From Paramecium tetraurelia (taxonomy: Eukaryota): a stretch of DNA of 64,000 nucleotides. The stretch spans positions 248,001 to 312,000 of the forward strand of contig CT868669.1 of NCBI GenBank assembly GCA_000165425.1, written 5' to 3'. Below are positions 18,281-30,717 of this stretch, piece after piece. Every line of letters begins with the position of its first letter. The first letter of the stretch is position 1. The notes beneath the pieces were generated by a model. The model ran no database searches and was not told the origin of the DNA. It was given only the letters and a program-made list of their open reading frames with translations. The position numbers were made by a program, and so were the translations under genes.

Positions 18281-20829
18281 TCAATTCTTTTGCCTTTTTA
18301 TCAGATTTCTTCTGACAGAATAAAATGAAGGAGGAATAGAAGGTCTGGTAGTATGATAGGAATCAGATAATTTGGTTGGTTCCTATTAGAGTCTCATTTT
18401 TAATTTCAACTTCATAGCTTCAAAATTGGTTTGAGTATTATTCATGATAGTATTTCTTACATTCGTAGTGATTTGAGGAGGTGATTTAGTTTGAAATCTT
18501 TTGATATCTCTTAGTTGCTTTTGTTTCTGTGCTGTTAGATTACTACGCAATCTAGTGTGACGTTTAAAACCAGAATAGATGCTTTGATTGAATCCTAGAA
18601 TAGGGGTGAATTTTTCATCATCCATTACTTCCAATTAGGTTGTAGATGGTCTGGGAAAGAGTGAATGAGGGTTCTATTGCATATTTTGATTTATGTTCTG
18701 GGAGCTATCAAGGAATTCGATAGTGGCAAATTATTGTTGATTCGCACAATTGTTTATATAATTATTAACTTAAGTTGACCTCTTGGGTTAAGAACGCGAT
18801 GCAATCTTCTTAAGAATCATTCTTTAAGCAGCTGATTGATAGGGTTGATAGACTTTATTTTGGCAATGTTCAATAGATAGCATAATAGTTTACTGTAATA
18901 GTGGTTTTTAATGACCAGGACTATATTTTGATTCTAATTTAGATTTTTAAGTTTAATACAATATTGATAACAAAGGTTTTGATTGGATAGATTTAGATTT
19001 GCTTACTTCTTCTGACTTATTTTCAATAGACTCCTCTTCTATCTCATCATCATCTAATGAATCAGAGTTTCCTTCAGAACAAGATTGGTTCATCTTATCA
19101 GCATCCGACTTTAATTCTTCAATCAACTTTTAGAATTTTGTGTTTTGAAATGATATTTAACAAGAATCAGAGATACTTTTCTTGGTGGAACTATTTTTAG
19201 TAAATCTATTTGATCTTCTAAGGTCTTCATTTTTTAAATTAAAAATCTGATCCATTTCGCTTTGAGTGTCTATCATCTCTATCAGGGTTTCCCCAATGAT
19301 CCAACCCATTTTTAACCAATGTTTAGTATTGAATTCATAGGTTTAATTTTATGTGTAGTAATTACCATTGGATGTTTCAATTGTAAAACAATTCACAATA
19401 TCATATAATTCAGCAAAAACTCCACGAGCTGTAGATTTCTTAGATTAACTAATTCTGAAAATTGAAGAATAAAATCTGAACATTTCGGTTTTCTAACTAA
19501 GTAATTTGGGAAGAATACGACACTCATAATAATTATAATTCCAGAGAGCGTATTCTGGACCATACAAAAAGACATTCTTTTTGACTAGTTTATATGTTAT
19601 TCATACTGGAATGTCCGTGTAAATCGATAAATGCTATTAAATTATTTCCAAATTTCTTGTATTAATCTTTAACTAATTTCTTCATAGCCTAAACAGTAGG
19701 GAACAGAATTCTTTCGTCACTCTACCTAAATTTCCTATTTAAATCCTTCCCTGCCAATCCAGTCCTATAATTGCCTAGAATAACTCCATCAGGATTCATC
19801 ATCGGCACTACTTTTATTACACATCTTAAATAGATTATTCAATTGTTAATACTTCTCAAATATCTTAATGGCTTATTGACTAGACAAGTAATCCAATACG
19901 CCTTGCATCACCCAAGAACCATTTGATTCTCCAGGATGAATGCGTGCCTATATGATTATGCATTTCTTGTTCTTGCTTTTAACCTTGCTGAACGTAAACA
20001 TAGGCAATTGAACACCTCCCAATGATTCACACAATATAGAACGCTTAACGTGATTGCATCTCTTCTCCAATTCATCACAATACTCTAATAATTAAGAATA
20101 TGTATATGGAACACAATATGCAATCCTTAATAATTCATTCTCTTGATTGCAAACGATGCCAAAACTTAAGCAATTATTATTATTTTGAGAAGTTCTATAA
20201 CATACATTCTCTCCTCCTTATAACCACTCTTAAGTGGTTGATCTCCATATATATGGTTTCATACCACGCTCGTAAAGACTGTGAGACTTAGTGAAATTAC
20301 AAATATTTAATTAGATTTTCTCGCCTTTTTTCATTCCACTCAATTCAAAATTGTACCAAGATGTATGTCCTTAAGTATTTCCATCGACTCTCATATACAA
20401 ATCATACTCAAATTCTGATACTTGTTTCACCACATCCAAGTTGCCACTCTCAAAAATCGAATTGAATTAAATTCTACAATTACAAGTAGGATTCATCCCC
20501 AAAAATGGGAATTAGGGTTTGTTTTAAATTGCTTTGGATCGTTTACATGGATATGAGGATGTGGTTGAGTATTGCTTGTGCATTTAACCGCTATCTTGAG
20601 GTCTGAATCCAACATAAATAAGTTAATTGTTGTGTAAAGCTTCTGAGATTATTTAATCATTTAACTAATTATTGAAGTTCAGCGTAAGCAATTTGCTGTA
20701 ATCCAACTTGGGTGCCCAGCCAAGCAACATGTCATTCTCAAGACTTATGGTTTCATCAGTGAGAGCTATGGGTTTAGGAATTTGATTGTGAAATGGTTAC
20801 ATGTTCAAATCTGCATCCTAATTTAACAT
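18281..20829 (-). CDS. Cytosolic carboxypeptidase (CCP/AGBL, peptidase M14D; tubulin deglutamylase-like)
   Basis: [59 protein letters not shown] motifs; low-complexity C-terminal tail. Confidence 0.92.
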
Positions 20830-20850
20830 AAATTATATATATATTAAAAT

Positions 20851-22050
20851 ATGGAGAAAATCTCAATTCTCTTCAAAATGGAATGAACTGTATATTTAAT
20901 TTCAAAGCAACAACTAGAATTAAATAGAAGTGTAAGAACTCTGTGAACAGCTCATTCTTATTAAACCTAAAACTAAGGAGAAACAATCCTATATTTTTAT
21001 GACATTATGATGATACAACATTTACGTACTCTCAGGAAATCTCTATCACTAATGCTGGCTAACTTATTTAAAAGATAAAAGCTTATATATTATGAAGGTA
21101 CTTATTAAGAAAGCAACCAAACCTTGAACTTAAATTTAGTAATTAATACCAAAGAAAATTCATTCTTAAAATTGAGTATAAATATGAAATATTCTTTTAA
21201 CTTAAAATTATGATTTGTTAGCATTCTTATTGTCATTATTTTAAGGAATTTAACAAACTTTTATGGTTTAAGCTCATAATAATAGGATTTTCAAATATAC
21301 ACTTCGCAACTGAGAATCAAAACATTTATACTTATATCCAAATCAGTTTTCAACTAAAAGACTAAGATTTCAAAGGTCTCAGGTTATAAGATCTGACAAA
21401 TTCACATCATTAGGTGTTGAAGATGGGAACAAATTAGGAAGATCAAAATTAGTTACTAAGCTAATATTAAAAATTGTATCCTCCATTACCCTAGGTAAGG
21501 TCTTATTTAATTACATCATTTTATTGAAGATTTTCATGTAGATAATTTCTTAGAGCGTGATGAAAGATTTATCTTAGAGTTTGATTAAATTAGGTTAATT
21601 CATTTTTTCCATCAAATTACAAATTCCGATGTTAAAAAGAATTATTATACTCACATTTTTATGAATTAAGTATAAAATGCATTACTTTAAAAATGAGAAC
21701 TAGAATTCGAATTGAGATAGTTTATGATTGAAACTTTATGTGAGGAAAAAATAATATATCCATTTAATGTCATCTAGACATTTATATATATCAAAAAATA
21801 AATTGAGATTTTTCTTCAAGTTGTTGGATATTTGCAAAGCCGTTCTCATTTTAAGCTAACGAAAAGAATGCTTCTTGCAATCAATCATGGTAATCTTGAT
21901 ATTCATTGGTTATATCAGAAAATATGCTAATATCATAATAAAAATTATAGTTTCTTATTTGAAATATTAGTTTTGTAACAAAAGAAATATCACTCTCCAT
22001 CTATTACCACAAGGAAGAGAATTAAAATGAAAAATTAGATATTTCATTTT
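20851..22050 (+). pseudogene. Probable decayed gene remnant
   Basis: Coding-like composition, but the + frames I read over the first ~350 bp hit TGA or shift frame without plausible introns; the 3' extent is approximate. Confidence 0.4.
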
Positions 22051-22743
22051 TATTATAATTAAATATCTAAACATAAATAATAATTATCAAATATATTTAA
22101 GAAGATATGAATCAGAGGTCTATAAAGATTGCTAAATTATTTTTAATTTTTTATCCATCTCTCAATACCTTCATAATTTTAATATATAATTTCAAGCCTA
22201 ATTATAATTCTTCATACCAATTTATTAATTCATTAAAAATGTTTAATGAATTTATTTTCATTCAAATTATTTGTTAATTCAACTCAAGCACAATCAAGGC
22301 TACCATAATATAAATATGGAAAAATAAATGAGGATTGGCGTATTAACGTTGACATTTTGTGTCATATTGACTAATATTGCTTAAATTAATTCTAGCATTT
22401 AAGTATTAAAAATATTGTTTTATTAGTTAAATTACTTGCTACATCAATAATACATAGTTTTAAGATTTTCTATGATTGTTAACATAGAATTTAAAGGATT
22501 TAAATCAATATTTATTAAATATATAAAATAAGTAATATCTTTATAAAGTCTTTTGTTAGAGATATGTGAAATGTTTAAAAATACTTATGTATTTCTAATT
22601 TCTCTTAAATCTTCAAAAAATGGTTGAATTATGCTGTTCATATAAATATTTATCGAAAGTGATAAAGAATATTTATTTATATCAGTGATATAGATAACAA
22701 ATAACATTTTTAATAAAATATGAAAAGGATTGAAATATTTTAT

Positions 22744-23275
22744 TCAGGAAACAGAAATGGAATTGTTCTTCATTAATTTAATTTATTCCAATAGGACAGA
22801 TTTCACTAAGTGTAATTATATTGTTTCTTGATTTCGAAGTTCTTCTTGGAAGATTTTTATTTAAAAGTTAATGTCAATTTAAATCTCGGTTGCTTCATTC
22901 TCTTAAAGTGGTTATATTTTTTTTATTCTCTAACTAAGTGCTTGAAATTCCCTTTCTCGCTTTTACATCTAATCCTATTTGATCTCAGATTTTATGAAAG
23001 CAATTTATCTGAGCATGTCTATTTACTTCTCATAATCTAATATAAAAGATGACATTTATACCTTTATCAGAATTTTTTATGAACCCTAAATTACGAAATT
23101 TCTTGAGCACTACCTTTGCTGTGGCAAACTTAATTTAACATTGAGCGGCTGCATTTTTAATTGTCTAATTTTAACAAAGTACTAGCTAAAGAAATTAAAT
23201 TTTTCTTCTGAACTTGTCGTGGAGAGTTTTCTTTTTGATTCCTTTATCAAGATTAAAGTTTTCTAGTTCTGGCAT
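22744..23275 (-). CDS. Small helix-turn-helix-like protein with coiled-coil tail (168 aa)
   Basis: MPELENF..KIQFLQLVLCQNQTIKNAAAQCQIKFATAKVVLKKFRNLG; one 25-nt intron; 169 codons. Confidence 0.7.
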
Positions 23276-24082
23276 TAATTTAAAAAACAATGATAATTAT
23301 TATAAAAAAAATGTCTAGTAATTTAACTCTTAAAATTACAAAAGTTCATTTAAAGAAACTATAGCATATGAGTTGCCATGTTAAGCTGAGTAGACTGCAA
23401 ACTTGTTTGAATTTCCAACCAAATTGATGGAGTTGTCTCCCTTTTAATTTGTTTAAAGGAGACAATATGCAGCTCAAAGTAAATTTAAATTGTGGTACCT
23501 CTGGCTTTAGAAATTATACTAAAATGAATAAATAAAAAATAAAAGTTTGCATAGTGAAAGAATGCTTCAGAAAATTCATTCCACCTTACCATGAATGTAT
23601 TCTTAATTGTAATTATAATTAAAAAAAGTAAATCTTTTAATGATATATTATTTTCTCTTGAAATTTATAATATTTGAAAATCTCTGAGAATTTATTATGA
23701 TCAGAATAATAAGTACTATGTTATAGTGATTTTTAGGTATTTATCAAAAACTAGTTTTTCTGAATAATGTATCTAATAGTATTAAATTCATGAATGTGAA
23801 TTTATTTTTTTTAGCATGGATAAATTGATTTTATTATTGGCTAAGCTAAGCTGTGAATAAAGTTTAATATATTCCTGCAAATCCAAAGTATACATATATT
23901 TTCTATTTTTAAGAAATTTGTGAGAATATAAAGTTGAAAAATTGGAACTCTCAATTAATCTGTATAATTTTTGAATTAATACTTATGATAATCAATAATA
24001 TAAACCTCTCATGTTAGAATATTAGGTTCCTACATAATTTATCATTATTAACATAAAATTAATTATAACAATAAATTAAAGA

Positions 24083-26243
24083 ATGAAGGAATAAAAGCAT
24101 GACCCCAAAGTTGCTATAAAAGTTCTAAACTTTTTTTTAAAAGGAAGAGCATAAGGAACTATATTCCCAGAACATCAAGCTATGACTCCAGAAGAGATTA
24201 AGTCAATTTTCCACAGAGCCTTCATTCGATTAAGAGCAATCTATTTACTCAATAAATTATCCTAGGAAATAATTATGTATGGAACATCATCTAATTTATT
24301 TGATATATCCACAAGAGACAGGTAAATATTAGATGATTTTGAGACCTGCATTATAAAAATACCTCTTTCCTCTTAATAAGTCTACAGAGCATAAAGATCA
24401 AAGTCCATAATTTCCCATTATTCATCCAGATTCCTATGTTAAATTTGTTTGGAATTTAATTTTCACTGCAATTATATTATACACATCGATTATATTGCCA
24501 TTTAGAAGTATGTGTTTGATTCATAGTAGTTTCATTCTATGTTAACAAAGAAGAATCATATTGGTAATAAATTGATATTGTTACTGATGTATTATTTTGG
24601 ATAGATTTATGGATCAATATGTTTAGTGGATATTATGATGAAGAGGGGAAGTTGGTAGTATAAAAAAGAACTGTGATTCTGAAATATTTGAAAGGGTGGT
24701 TTTTACTCGATTTCATTTCTTGTTTGCCTTTGACTTACATGATTGATTCATCAAATTCGAACGACGGTTAGGAAATTAAACTGGTGAAATTAGCAAAATT
24801 GCCAAGACTGTATAAATTGACAGGATTGGTGAAATTATCAAAATAATTCAGAATAACAAGCAACGACTTTTTCTAATTCAATTATGGTATGACTAGATTG
24901 ACCTCCCTATTTCTATCGGTGATATTAGTTATTCATTTATCAAGTTGTGTTTGGCATTATGTTGCAGCATTCAATAACTATGAAGTCAACAGTTGGGTAT
25001 ATTAAAATGATCTATCGAATTCATCTATTCAAACTAAATATATCGCAGGAATGTACTATGCCTTCACTACCTTAACTACAGTAGGATACGGAGATATCCA
25101 TGCCTACTCCCCTCAAGAAAAGATCGTCACTATTATCTTGATGATTTTAGGAGTTTTATTCTATTCAAGCATTATTGGTTTGTTGTCCTCAGTCTTATCC
25201 CAAATAGATTACAAAGCACATATACTAAATCAGAAAAAAGCTATAATGAGTGAATTTTGTTTAGAAAAGAAAATTTCCAGGTAATTAAGAGATTGTCTAA
25301 AAGAGACTTTGGAGTACAATTTTAGTAAGAATGGATTTGTTTGGGCAAGTGATACTAAAATATTTTAAGATATTCCTATGAATTTAAGATATGAAATAAT
25401 GATGTCTATGCATGGGGGTGTATTTGGACATTAAGCATTGTTTTAATTGGTAGAGGATAAAGCTTTTGTTGTGAATATAGTACCATTGTTAAAACCATTA
25501 TTTATGTTAGAAAGCGAGTAAATTAAGATTTATTCATTTTAGAGTGATTTGGGAAGAAAAATCAAATCCAGATGCTATATATTTGATTGATATTGGAAGA
25601 GTCAATTTTAAAACCAATTTCATAGTCTAAGCAACTACTAGTCAATTAAAATTATTCTCATTCAAATCTATGATAAGTGGTTCATATTTTGGAGAAATCG
25701 AAATCTTTTTCCACACTACTAGAGAGTATGTTGTTCAATGTGAATCAAACTGTGAATTTTATTACTTAACTCTTTAAGCTTTTGAAAATGAGATCTATGA
25801 TGATTTTCCTCATATGATGGACAAGATGAGAAAGATTGCAGAGGATCGAAGGAAGAAAAACCTGGAAACCATAGAATAATTGCAAAAGTTCATATTAGAT
25901 GAAACTGCAAAGCCAGAAGCAAGAAGTATGGAATTATTGATTATTGTTAGTATCAAAAAAAAAAAAGACTATTCTCTTAAAAGAATATCAGAGTGATAGT
26001 TAGAGTAATATTAATGATATAACCTAAAGATAGAATGCCAGTAAATAGAGTAGAAGCAAACATGAGGCAGCTTTACTTGAATTAAGGAAGAGAGATTTGA
26101 AATAAAATAATGATCACTCAAAGACTGTGTTTTAGTAACGTAATCCTTTTAGCTAAAAACAAATTTAAATCAACCAAAACAAATAGAAACTTTAAGAATT
26201 AGTTTTAATTGCAGAGGAAATCTCTGATCTTTTAGAAGAATGA
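24083..26243 (+). CDS. Cyclic-nucleotide-binding-domain K+ channel (EAG/CNG-like)
   Basis: IIHPDS..WNL, KYLKGWFLLDFISCLP, S4 KLVKLAKLPRLYKLTGLVK, pore YYAFTTLTTVGYGDI, C-linker, CNBD GSYFGEIE. Confidence 0.93.
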
Positions 26244-26274
26244 TTGTTCATATATGTACTATAATTAAAAGCAT

Positions 26275-28354
26275 TCAAAAATTATAGTATTTTTCATAAT
26301 TGTTTTTTAAATTCTATCTAAAATGAATGTCCCTATGAATGATATTGGCTATTGGTTCATCAAAATTTAATGTGTAATTCTCCTCCTTCATTAACGTCTT
26401 TGATAAATGAGCTTATTTTAACAATTCCCTTAATTATTCATTAATCAAATTACCATTTTCTCTCTTCAAAATCCAACACCAACGACCTTCCTGATATTCT
26501 TAGTGAATTTTCATTCATATGAAATAATCTATTTAAGAAACATTTTCTTTTTTCAGAACCTCCTTGAATACAATCTCCAGAAGATTGTTTAAACTTCTCG
26601 AAAATAATGCCTTGAGTATTTTATGAGTAATTTTTTGGTACAACTACTTTAGCCTATTTTAGGGATTATTGTTTTAGCTTAATCTCTTCTTCAGATTCCT
26701 CGTCTTCACTCATTGAATCTTCAAAAGAATATCCTAAATATGTATATTATATATTACTAAAAAGATCCTTGTCCTTAACTGTAGGTAATTCATTGTCTTG
26801 ATTGCTGGCATATCTGAGTTTCTAATAAAAAAATTGGTTTTGTTCTTCCAACAGTCGTCTGGCTCTCACTTTTCTTAATTCTTCTTCGTTGTTTTCTTGT
26901 TAATTAAGACTAGCAAATGTTTGTTTTCTATTAATATCAGGTGATTCGTTTTCTTCGAATTTCTTATTAATTTTAATCCTATATCTTTTCCTTTTGTAAT
27001 TATCTTCAAGAGTAATATCTTCATCTCTTATCGCAACAATTTAACTATCGGCTTTTGAGATGAATTCTACTAAATCATCATTTAATTTGATAGACTCATC
27101 CATTTGAATTCTTTTGGGCAAGGTATTACTTTTGAATTCCTATTGATGTTCTTTTTCAAGATGAATAAGATCACTAGCCAAGAATCCTAGAACTGAATTC
27201 TGAACATTAGTTGGATTATTAGTTGAAAATTGAATGAACGTAGATTTATCAGCTATTGAATTAGTCTAGATTGAGTTTAATTTAAATTTAGGTGGTTCAT
27301 CAGCATAAGTCTTGGACCTATTTTCAGTTGATGACTTCATGGATTCAGAAACAACACTATAATTCTAAACAAGGAATGAAGACTTGGCATCATGATTTCT
27401 TCTCTTGCATTTACTGTCCATTTAATTCAGATATTGAATCTTCTTTGACTTTTCTAACAACGATTTGTCTTGAGCATCCACTTTATACAGATTTTCTGAT
27501 TTATTTGAACTCACAAGTTATTTTAAGATTTCTGAATCTTCGAATAAGAATTGATCCTTATTAGACAATGGCTATTTGTCTTCATTTAAATAAGCATCGA
27601 TGTATTTGATTGCCAATTCATTTTCAGCGAGAATTTTCTTGACCCATAGATACTCCAATTATCCAAATTGTAAATCAAGATCTTTGCGCAATTGTGTTGT
27701 GGGTTTATCGTACATGTGATAGATGAAATAGTAAATCTTGCCTAGGAGAGTAGGGTTTTGACTGACAAGCGGTTTTAATACTTTCAACATTTGTCTTTAC
27801 AACTTGACCAATTCCTCAAAAGAGACATACAGGGCGTCTTAATACTTCTCAGCGAGAGTCTTGATGGTGATTTTGTTTGACAACCTGATTTATTCAGTGG
27901 TTAGAGATTTGGTCTGAATCACATTTTAGTTTAAACTGATTAGGAATTTGTAGAGTCTAACGAAGCTTGCATACAATCGATATTCAAGGAAGTTGGGAAT
28001 GAAACTCAGATTCCAAAACATGATGGAATACATCTTCTCACAATCTATAAATGCAATCACGCTTCTCACCCATCTCAGGAAAGACTCCCTTGAGTTATCG
28101 AGGAGGGGCAAGAAGAATGTTGAAATAATCTAATGATTTGTTTGCAATGTTTACTACAGGGTCTTATGACCATTATCTAATGAAAATTGAGGTTCATTTG
28201 GAAGAAGACTGAAGTCAGGATTGACAATCTAAACAAAGTTGATTCATGATACCAACTGATTCAGGAATTCATTGTATGGAACCTTGACGAAATCTTTTTC
28301 GAAAGACTCTGAATCGTATTTTGAAAACCAATAGTCGTAACTATTATCCATCAT
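26275..28354 (-). CDS. Hypothetical protein (~670 aa)
   Basis: MMDNSYDYWFSKYDSESFEKDF...; long open frame with tiny introns (e.g. 28229-28252); no domain recognised. Confidence 0.75.
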
Positions 28355-28483
28355 TTATTAAATTGCATTTATAAAATTCAATTTCCAAAGTCATTTAATA
28401 CACCAGCAGTTCTCAGACGCAAACCCAATTGCAATCAATCCATTTTCCGTTCTTTCATTATTATTATATAATATTATTTACAC

Positions 28484-29907
28484 ATGAAAATGAAAAAAGC
28501 AACTGATGGTGCTCAATGTATTTAGTGAATCCATATCAATAGTTGAAAATGAATACCTTGCCTTTTAGGAAGACAAACTATTAGCCAAAATGAGGAAAAA
28601 ACAAGTATGACTCTATTTATAATGGAGGAACGAGAATTGGAGTAGTTGAAATAGTATGAACAGTAAAAGGAAGAATAAGAGAAACGTAAATATTCAATTC
28701 TAGAACAAACCAAATCGAAACAATAGTAAGTGGAATAGGCTTTGAAGGAGAAGAAATTATTGGTAAATAGCATCAATATTGTATCAGATAGAACTGAGGA
28801 AGAAGGAAAAAGACAAGGAGAAATTACTACAAATTCAAAAGATTGAGCAAGGGAAATTGAAAGAATTAGCACAAAATGATGTATCCAAGGACAAAGTCAT
28901 GGAGTAACTTGATGCCAATAAAAGTAATTTAGAAACAATTTAGACTGATAGAAATAAGAAATCAACTGTCAAAAAGTAATCACTACAATTAATCTTAGAA
29001 TAGCAGAAGGGATTGTCAAAACACAACAGGAGGAGATTCTGATTAAGAAAATACAATTGGACAAGTATTAGAAAGAACAAGAGGAATAGTGGAAAGATTT
29101 AAATGAAAAGAAAGAAATCCTATTGAATGAATTGAAGATGGCCAAGAAGAAACAAATTAAGAAGATCAAATAGAGAAATGAAGATGAGAAAAATGCGTAT
29201 TATCAAGAGAAGTTATAGAAAATTGAACAATACCAAAAGAAATTAGATGAAATAGGAGTCAATCAATAAGTCAAGCAATAGATGTTGGAGTAGAAGAAAA
29301 AGGAGAAATTGGAAAAGTTGAAAAAAGTTATGGTATGCATATTTCATTTATTGAAATTAGTAAAACTATAAGAAAATTATGTCTGAAAAAAGCGAGAAGG
29401 CCTAATTGAAAGTACAGAATGTTGAAGAAAAAATAAATTCAATATAGGAGAGAATGAAATAAGCAGAAGACAAGATAGAATAAATTGAAAAGGAGAAAAA
29501 TAATCATAGAAAAAATGTATTATCAAATTCTTATTTAGATTAAATCAAGGAATGGCAATATTCTAAATAATAAGAATGAGACATTCCAAGATAAGATCAG
29601 GCAGAAGGATGAAGAGCATTTAAAATCTATTACTGAAACTCAATCCTTATCGAAGTTGAAGTAAGAGCAGGAAAAGCAGAAAAAGGAAGAGCAAATTAAG
29701 GAGCATAAAAAAAAGGCTGCGATTATGCTGAAAGAGATTGTTGAAACAAAAAATAAAAAATTATAAGAGAAACTAGATAAGGCACAATAATTTAAGGATG
29801 ACAAAGAGAAATTGTTTTAGTAACAGTAAAAGTTAGCCAAAGATATCGAGCGTTAGAAAAAATAATTGTTACTCAAGAGTCCTAAAAACAATGCCGTAGA
29901 TTAATGA
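28484..29907 (+). CDS. Coiled-coil K/E/Q-rich protein
   Basis: Long E/K/Q-rich frame with several tiny introns; start ambiguous (28484 or in-frame ATG at 28622). Confidence 0.75.
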
Positions 29908-29953
29908 ATTATAATATTAGTTATATATAAAATTTGTATAAATATAAAAATTA

Positions 29954-30381
29954 ATGTAGTAATAATAATAGCAATAATAGCCAAGGGCCAGAACAAAGGA
30001 AAGATATGTCTGTGAAGCAATGAATTTAGTTAAATTGTGGAGGTTTAAAATTCAACTTACTCTAATTAGATAGGTTTATCAAACAGAAACTAGAGTAGTT
30101 GATGGAAGAACAGTAAGGATTACATTAGATTAAGCAGCCGAATTAGTTGGATGCCCAAGAAAGACTTTGGAAGATTATTATTATTTATTGAAAAAGGCCT
30201 AAAATTTAGGTATTTTCTATTCAAATTATTAATAGTAAATTTGGAAGAAAAAAAAAATGAAAAAATGGGTTTTATAAGAAAAATATGTAGAGAAAATAAA
30301 AAACAATAATAATTATTAAAGTAGGAAGAAGAATTTTATCAAATAAACTAGTTTTAGTTGGATGAGATTCATGATGATTGA
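29954..30381 (+). CDS. Small HTH-like putative DNA-binding protein with N-terminal polyQ
   Basis: MQQQQQQQQPRARTKERYVCEAMNLVKLWRQVY..ITLDQAAELVGCPRKTLEDYYYLLKKA..EKMGFIRK; two tiny introns. Confidence 0.75.
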
Positions 30382-30717
30382 TAATGCATATTTTATTTTT
30401 TTTAAAGCAAATTATAAATATTTATAAACTCCTTTCTTCAATTCGGATGATTATAATAAATGAACCTCAGTTAATAAAGTTGATGATGTAATCATTTTAA
30501 TAAAAACCTTGAAGTTATTAGAGAATTGGGGGGTATTAAAGTGGAGAAATTAAAAGGTATAGAATAGGACATATGCATTTAGTATATTAGTGTCTATAAT
30601 ATAGAAATTTGAATATTATTTTGTAAAGTCTGTATTGAATATTACATATTACACAATTATCAAACTCTATTATATTATAAGCTAATTTAGTTTGAGTCAA
30701 TGTAGATATTTTAATTT

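Noticed and set aside
26221..26403. Possible overlap of the K+ channel 3' end with the convergent gene
   Set aside because: Careful frame-tracking puts the channel stop at 26241-26243, 31 bp short of the neighbour's stop
28605..28627. Non-typical GAG-ending intron
   Set aside because: An in-frame ATG at 28622 removes the need for it; cannot be decided without RNA data
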